Shown: in pieces, positions 18,269-23,869 of the stretch
Position numbering within the stretch: position 1 is the first letter of the stretch
Layout: each line of letters begins with the position of its first letter
Origin: Nematocida ausubeli
Taxonomy: Eukaryota
Assembly: GCF_000738915.1 (NCBI RefSeq)
Contig: NW_026515636.1
Coordinates: 124,001 to 147,869, forward strand
Direction of reading: 5' to 3'
DNA length: 23,869 nucleotides
Notes under the pieces: generated by a model
What the model was told of the DNA's origin: nothing
Databases searched by the model: none
Seen by the model: the letters and a program-made list of their open reading frames with translations, nothing else
Position numbers and translations under genes: made by a program

Positions 18269-19063
18269 TTATTTAAATAACTTGAATATCTTTGTGGTAT
18301 ACCCAACTACAATTAGCCCAATGGTAAAAAGTAGCAACAGGCTAAGCAATTTGAGACCCTTTCGTCTTCTTCTTTTTACTGTCATACTTTCTATGTTTTG
18401 GTTGAGACCTTCAGTTCTTTTTATAGAGAGATAGGATGCGTTTTGGATTGGCTTTAGGTAGGTGCCTGATATTGTAAGAGTGTTTTGCAGCTGCCGGGAT
18501 AGAATTTCTAGCTCTTTTATGTCTTCAAGTAGTTTTGTGATATTTTTGTTCTTCTCCAGAGCATCTTCGATCTGCATGGCTTTTCTGTCACTTGAGCCAA
18601 AGGTATTCTTTATTAGCTCTTTTCCTGCTGGGCCGCTTGCTATTTTCTCGAGTTCTTCTGAGGTTGCTTCTGGATTTGCGATTAAATACTGCTCCCTCAG
18701 CCGTTCGTGCTCTTTGCTGAGTCTTTTCAGCTTTTCAGCTGAGAATGCTTTGATTATTCTGTTGGTTCTTTCTGTCAGCCCCTCAATATGGTGCTGCTTC
18801 TGATTGGTGAGTGAGCTCTTTGACTTTTCCAATAGCTGCTCTATCTGCTTTGTCACATCAAGCACTTGCGTGTTAAATGCTTCTGTGATTTCCGCTTGCT
18901 CTTTGACTAGCTGCTTGTACTCGGCTCCTCTGCTCACAAGATAGTCGTGTGCTGCAGTGTACTCAATGTATATTCTGCCTGCCTCCTCTATCCCATTATT
19001 TATTTCCTGGACTGTGTCAAGGAATCTGTTAAATTTTTCGCTACCCGCGCCATCCATTTGCAT
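18269..19063 (-). CDS. Syntaxin (Sso1/Syx1-like Qa-SNARE), divergent
   Basis: Helical Habc-like N-terminus, LREQYLIANPEATSEELE linker motif typical of Sso/Syx1, heptad SNARE-like segment, polybasic KRRRRK and a C-terminal TM helix. Confidence 0.8.
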   Translation of the reverse strand: MQMDGAGSEKFNRFLDTVQEINNGIEEAGRIYIEYTAAHDYLVSRGAEYKQLVKEQAEITEAFNTQVLDVTKQIEQLLEKSKSSLTNQKQHHIEGLTERTNRIIKAFSAEKLKRLSKEHERLREQYLIANPEATSEELEKIASGPAGKELIKNTFGSSDRKAMQIEDALEKNKNITKLLEDIKELEILSRQLQNTLTISGTYLKPIQNASYLSIKRTEGLNQNIESMTVKRRRRKGLKLLSLLLLFTIGLIVVGYTTKIFKLFK

Positions 19064-19085
19064 AATTCCCCTACTTTTCCTTTAT

Positions 19086-20006
19086 TTATTCTAAATCCAA
19101 TGAACAGATTGGTGATCTTGCCTCAGGGGAAATAGCAAGCAATTTCTGAATAATTTGAATTATCTTCACAGGAACATGCGGAAGAGAGGGTGTTCGGCAG
19201 GAACTTGGAAAGAACCCATTAACCATGACAAACAGAACCACCCCGCATGACCAGGAGTCTGCCAGAAATCCATTATACACTCCTCCTTTCCGGGCCTCTG
19301 GGGACGCATAATTTATGGAGCCACCATACGACTCAACTAAGCCATTCTTCAATGACTTCTGTGCTAGACCAAAGTCTATCAGCTTAATTTGCATCCTGCT
19401 ATTTATCATGATATTTTCTGGCTTAATATCCAGATGACATATCCTGTTTACATGCAAGTACTTTATGGCATCTGCAAGCTCTCTAAAGATCTTCAATGCA
19501 AGCCCAGCTGGAAGTATCTTATTTTTCTTTATAAGAAAGAATAAGTCTGTTCCTTTGAAGTACTCTAAATATATGGTGACTGTGCTCAGGAAGGTCTTTG
19601 CTCCAATGTACTTTATGATGCTCTTGTGTCTGAGAAGTGGAAGAATCTGTGTTTCATTCTTTGCTTGGCTCTGATTTTCTGGAATTCTTGTGCTAATGAT
19701 TTTAATAACCATTTGCTGCTGTGTGCTTGTGTGTACGCCCAGAAATACATGTGAATTCCTGTTGCTGCTTATACTGTACAGTATGCGGGTTTTTGAGAAA
19801 ATATCTGGAGCATCGTCTGTATCAAGCATCCTAATGAATCGGCCTGGCAGTATGTGCGATTTTGTAAGAGGGACCGGAGATGAAATGCTCCTAGCAAATC
19901 CATCCTTTGTATATATCTCAAAATACACCTGCCCCTCTTCTTCTATTTTCTTTGTGTTTGGGTTGCTCTGCAGTGTAATGGAACTCTGAGCTCTCTCAGA
20001 CTGCAT
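19086..20006 (-). CDS. Ser/Thr protein kinase, CAMK group (AMPK/SNF1-related-like)
   Basis: VIK lysine, alphaC glutamate (KNE), HLDIKPEN, DFG, YGGSINYASPE and DSWSCGV motifs. Probable start is the ATG at 20006 (MQSERA); the ORF-track start at 20090 is a TTG. Confidence 0.88.
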   Translation of the reverse strand: MQSERAQSSITLQSNPNTKKIEEEGQVYFEIYTKDGFARSISSPVPLTKSHILPGRFIRMLDTDDAPDIFSKTRILYSISSNRNSHVFLGVHTSTQQQMVIKIISTRIPENQSQAKNETQILPLLRHKSIIKYIGAKTFLSTVTIYLEYFKGTDLFFLIKKNKILPAGLALKIFRELADAIKYLHVNRICHLDIKPENIMINSRMQIKLIDFGLAQKSLKNGLVESYGGSINYASPEARKGGVYNGFLADSWSCGVVLFVMVNGFFPSSCRTPSLPHVPVKIIQIIQKLLAISPEARSPICSLDLE

Positions 20007-20722
20007 TTTTAAATTCTCTTCTAAATGTTTCAATATGCTTATTATGAAAGCTACTGAAACATGCAAGCGGAGATGGAGAAAACAGAGCAAGAGGAGAATG
20101 GGTTCGTTGAGATTACTGATAATTTGAAGATAATTGTTGGAGTTACACTTCTATTCATTCTAAATTACATGTTTGCGCTTTATGTGGAATTAAAGCCATA
20201 CCAAGCTGCTCCTCTGTAGCTTCTAATAGAGTCTACTGGACAACTACAATGCCTTTATAATAGAAGTATGCACATATAATTAGTATACGCCTAGTTGCTG
20301 CATACAATCTACTATCATAATATAGCAGGATTTCTGCTAAAATTACATTCAGGCCTTTTGATAATTTTGCTTCATTTGCATTTAATAAATCTACCTCTAG
20401 TTTATGTTATACTTGCGTATTTCTTGCTGGATTTATTTTTGGTGCACTGTTTCTGCAGGAGTGCTTTTGCAAATAATATGTGACAGCCTACTTCAGTGCT
20501 TTTATACAGGAAAGGACTTAAACCCGTATATTATGCAATTAAGGACCCTACTGGTACTCGTGCATATATTTCAACAAGACAATTTTTATTTGGACAGTGT
20601 GGATTTGCACCAGAATAATTCTTGCTGTAAGCCTCTTAATGTGAATTCATATTTGCATCAGATGATTTTAAACCTCTAAATACGTCTTGATTTATTTAAC
20701 ACCTACCATCCAGCTGGATTCT

Positions 20723-21172
20723 CTATTCGTATGCTCTCCTGGATTTATTGTCTCTTTCTTTCTGTTTTTTCTTCAATTTGCTAAGCACATGGTCTACCCC
20801 TTTTGTCTTAGCTGTGTGGAGTGTCTGCATGACCTTTGCTTGCTTGCGTGAAAGATAGAATGGAGTCTTTCCTTCTTTTACTCTTTCCATCTCAGTCTCT
20901 CTGGCTTCTTTTTGCAGTCTTTTTAAGTGCAACAGCCTCTTTCTGGCCTCTACTCTTTCCAGCTGTTTTTTTACGTCTTCTCCTCTTTTCTGTTTTTCTG
21001 CTAGCTGCTCCTCTTCTTTGTCATACAGAAAGGAATATGCCTCTGCCAGATACAAAGGGTTAATTTCTCTGTTAAAGAACCTGGGATCTCTTACAATTTC
21101 ATTGTCCCTTCTGTGCCTTCTTCCTCCGTCTGTGCTGGATACTTCTCTTGGTCTGTCTTTATTTCCATCCAT
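20723..21172 (-). CDS. RRP36: rRNA biogenesis protein RRP36 (DUF947), reduced form
   Basis: PREVSS, RDPRF, YSFL and EGKTPFYLSRKQAK motifs in a highly charged helical protein, matching Rrp36. Confidence 0.85.
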   Translation of the reverse strand: MDGNKDRPREVSSTDGGRRHRRDNEIVRDPRFFNREINPLYLAEAYSFLYDKEEEQLAEKQKRGEDVKKQLERVEARKRLLHLKRLQKEARETEMERVKEGKTPFYLSRKQAKVMQTLHTAKTKGVDHVLSKLKKKQKERDNKSRRAYE

Positions 21173-21776
21173 GAGAAAACAGCAATAAAATTTTATCTAA
21201 CGCTTAGTACTTCACATACACAAAGCACTGTGCATATACACGGGATACTCCCAAATACTAGATTACAGTGAGATACTTGCATTAAACTAAGCATTGTAAA
21301 GATCATTATAGAATAATCTAGAATGCTTCATAGCTAAAGCACAGCTATATATTCAGTGAATTTTCTAATAGATTTCGGCTATGATACTGTTTTTTCTTGA
21401 ATTTATGTGTATCTCAGGAAATACCTGCGTACTTATTGGGCAGAGAATCCGAATATGCCGACATGCATATGGACCAATTATATTTGCATATTTCTGTGCC
21501 CAATAAATATTTGACATTAGGGTTTTATAGAAGGGGCTTTCTCTACTATAAAAAGACAAGTGAATTATATATTTATGTGACTGCTCAAAAGATGCTTCGA
21601 TTTCAATGAGAAAACAATGTATATGATTGGGTATTTACCTTTACGTAATTAGAAGTAAAGTATTAGGTTTCTTATTCTTTAATCAAGATATTTATTGCAC
21701 TGGATTGGGTGTGCATACTACAGCTCTATTGGTGTAAATAATATTTTGTATTTAATAACGAAATCCTTAGAAATTC

Positions 21777-22058
21777 ATGCGAGTTCTTTCAGTTATATGC
21801 TTACTTCTTTCATTAAAACTAGTATACTCATTCGGTCTACCTTCTCCTACAGCTGCTTTAAATAAAACTGCGGATTTTGCTAGCAAAACACCACAGGGTG
21901 CGCTAGCTAGTGCTGCAGTAGGTATGGCAGCAGATGTAACAAAAGATAAAGCAGACCCAGCCAAAGATAAAGCAGGTGAAGATGCAAAGTCTGCAAATCC
22001 AAATCCGAAAGACAAAAAGGCTGCGATTGACTCTTCTAAAGAGGATGCTTCCAAATAA
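21777..22058 (+). CDS. Small secreted Ala/Lys/Asp-rich protein
   Basis: 93 aa with a signal-peptide-like N-terminus (MRVLSVICLLLSLKLVYS). The tail is low-complexity with KDKA repeats. The ORF is GC-richer than its very AT-rich flanks, and the stop lies within AATAAATAAA. Confidence 0.7.
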   Translation: MRVLSVICLLLSLKLVYSFGLPSPTAALNKTADFASKTPQGALASAAVGMAADVTKDKADPAKDKAGEDAKSANPNPKDKKAAIDSSKEDASK

Positions 22059-22504
22059 TAAATAAGAATGTTTATAAAAAAACTCTTCATCTATGTTTAT
22101 ATATAGTTTGTAAATTATTTTAAATCCGTAGAGTTTTCATTAATTCACTTTAAAAAAACAGTAGCCCATTACAGCCCGAATTAAGTGAAGACCTTTTATT
22201 TTTATAGTAAAAGAATCTTCAATAAATTCTTTTGCTTAAAGGATACTTAAATTAGTTTACTATCTTCTGCATATATATACTGTTTATTCTGGTGCTAGAT
22301 AGTTTAATCAGGTTAAGAATAGATCACTATGCTTTTATTTTGGATACTTTTAATAGAGCTAGAAGGGATGCAGCAACATAGCCAGGACTAAATGAACAAA
22401 TAATCATCTGATGATTGTAGTAGAAAGTGATGAAATCACAAATTATGGATGGACTAATTCAACCCACCAGAATTCTATACCAAACAGTTCATTCTTTTCG
22501 TAAT

Positions 22505-23869
22505 TTATTTATCTATGGCATTTTTTAAGAACTGTACCATCTTTTTATAGTTGTCCATACTTGTGTCACTGCCTTCTAGGCAAAAAAGACTTTTTTCTTC
22601 TTCTAGAACACATAAAGCAATGTATATGCAGTGCTTGTAATTTTTTAGTCTGTTGCTTCTGTCATGCAAATTATAACAGTCTATAAAGCTGTAAAGTATT
22701 TTAGTAATCTCCAAGGGAAGAGGAGACATTTCGCATACAAAAATGAACCAAGTAGTGTAGATAAAGTTAACATACTCTTTCTCTGTAGGCCTCACATACA
22801 CTTCAAATACACCCCTAAGTTCTGTAAAACAACTTATTTTTCCTTCTTCTACTATAATATTAAAGAGCATTTTAGAGACTTCATATTCGGATAGAGAGAA
22901 AAACATATTATAATTATTTGTTTCCAGCTTTATATACGTGATGAGAGAGTCTACTGCAAGGCGTGCTGACTTCTGCTCTAGTATATATTCGTATACACCA
23001 AATAACTCTAGCTCACTGAGTTGTCCTTTTTGCACATGCTCAGATTGTGCAAACCCAAGTTTTGGATAGTACGTCTGCCAGGTGGGATGGAAATAAAAGC
23101 TTAAGATCATGCTATTTCTGGTAGCAGGGTCATTCAGTGGGACAGACCCCAGAATATTAGCAGTAATGCGTATTGCAGGGTCATCTAAGCCTAAGTTCTT
23201 GTCTGCAGAGTATATTATAAAGTTCTTTATAATAAAGGACTTGCAGTCAATATCAGTAAGCCTTCCCTGCAAGAATATCTTAGATATGTTCTCATGCCCT
23301 AAATCTAAAATCTGCTTGTATTTCGATAGATTATAACTTTCGTTTTCTGCATCTGAATTTTTTAACTCTTCTAAGCTTCTCTCAATATACTGACCAATGG
23401 CGCATGTCATGTAGTTCTCTTCTTTACAACATATTTTTCTAATTTCTTCATACTTGTTTTTAATATGTGCAGGTATAGAGGATAGCTGAAGAATTCTCAA
23501 AGAAGCATGCCCGCTGTTTATATATAGAGAAATCCCATGCTTTTTATCGTCAAATCCGTAGATAATATCGATTTGAAAGAAAAGATCTTCCTTGCCACTT
23601 GATCTTATCCAAAAATCTATGTTACCGCAGCTCACTACTACATTCTTGTTATAAGAGAGCGATGTAATAATCAACTGAATTTTATCTGTGATATAATCTA
23701 TATGTTCGTTCTCTAACTTTTGTAGCCTGCACGCATTTTCTATACTCTCAACTAGATCTAGTATGTCATCTTCTTGTCCAGTTATTCCTGCAATTGCTAG
23801 AAATATATTTGCAGCTCCAGAGAGAAGTTCATTTTTTGGGTGCTTGTAGTCAATCTTGTCGTTCTTTAA
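22505..23869 (-). CDS. Large secreted-protein family member, copy B (5' part lies outside the window)
   Basis: The frame is open from the window end (TTA AAG AAC GAC = LKND...) to the stop at 22505. The first 250 codons are identical to copy A, and the last ~204 aa are homologous but diverged (SFYFHPTWQTYYPKLGFA vs SFYFHPNWQNYYPKLGFA; TSMDNYKKMVQFL vs TSMENYEKVLNYF). Confidence 0.9.
   Translation of the reverse strand, partial: LKNDKIDYKHPKNELLSGAANIFLAIAGITGQEDDILDLVESIENACRLQKLENEHIDYITDKIQLIITSLSYNKNVVVSCGNIDFWIRSSGKEDLFFQIDIIYGFDDKKHGISLYINSGHASLRILQLSSIPAHIKNKYEEIRKICCKEENYMTCAIGQYIERSLEELKNSDAENESYNLSKYKQILDLGHENISKIFLQGRLTDIDCKSFIIKNFIIYSADKNLGLDDPAIRITANILGSVPLNDPATRNSMILSFYFHPTWQTYYPKLGFAQSEHVQKGQLSELELFGVYEYILEQKSARLAVDSLITYIKLETNNYNMFFSLSEYEVSKMLFNIIVEEGKISCFTELRGVFEVYVRPTEKEYVNFIYTTWFIFVCEMSPLPLEITKILYSFIDCYNLHDRSNRLKNYKHCIYIALCVLEEEKSLFCLEGSDTSMDNYKKMVQFLKNAIDK
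23120..23869 (-). repeat. Right arm of the inverted repeat (partner 1596-2345), truncated by the window end
   Basis: Reverse complement of 1596-2345. Identity stops at 23119 (…GCTACC|AGA AAT AGC in copy B vs …GCTACC|CGA CGT AAA in copy A). Confidence 0.95.

Noticed and set aside
20007..20090. Hydrophobic N-terminal extension of the kinase ORF suggesting a secreted kinase
   Set aside because: It depends on a TTG start; the first in-frame ATG is at 20006.
20295..20679. Short + strand ORFs between the kinase and RRP36 (also 21365-21609)
   Set aside because: Short, AT-rich, mutually overlapping and without motifs.
23672..23674. ORF-track start of the 389-aa protein
   Set aside because: It is an internal TTG (Leu); the frame stays open to the window end.
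1596..23869. Interpreting the inverted repeats as terminal inverted repeats of a large DNA transposon (e.g. Polinton-like)
   Set aside because: The repeats are internal coding segments of paralogous genes, no transposase, integrase or polymerase is present, and the enclosed genes are housekeeping.
1..23869. CRISPR arrays, prokaryotic operons or defence systems, spliceosomal introns
   Set aside because: No regularly spaced repeat-spacer units were seen, the gene content is eukaryotic, and all recognisable genes are continuous ORFs.

Overview
Gene-dense, AT-rich eukaryotic DNA with no evident introns and very short intergenic spacers. It is most consistent with a microsporidian of the Nematocida lineage; this is inferred from gene content and from my recognition of a Nematocida-type large-gene-family protein, not from a database search. 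Housekeeping genes: DHR1/ECM16-like DEAH helicase, tRNA-Lys(CTT), an acidic nuclear protein with a degenerate FHA-like domain, GPI10/PIG-B mannosyltransferase, an AAAP-type amino-acid transporter, an Sso1-like syntaxin, a CAMK/AMPK-group kinase and RRP36. These are mixed with lineage-specific secreted or membrane proteins. The main structural feature is a pair of convergent paralogs of a large secreted-protein family at the two ends of the window. They share an apparently identical inverted tract of at least 750 bp (1596-2345 vs 23120-23869, cut off by the window end), which stops abruptly and is followed by highly divergent ~200-aa C-termini. Recombination between these repeats would invert the ~20.8-kb interval and swap the C-terminal domains in frame. 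Gene conversion or an assembly artefact are the alternative explanations.
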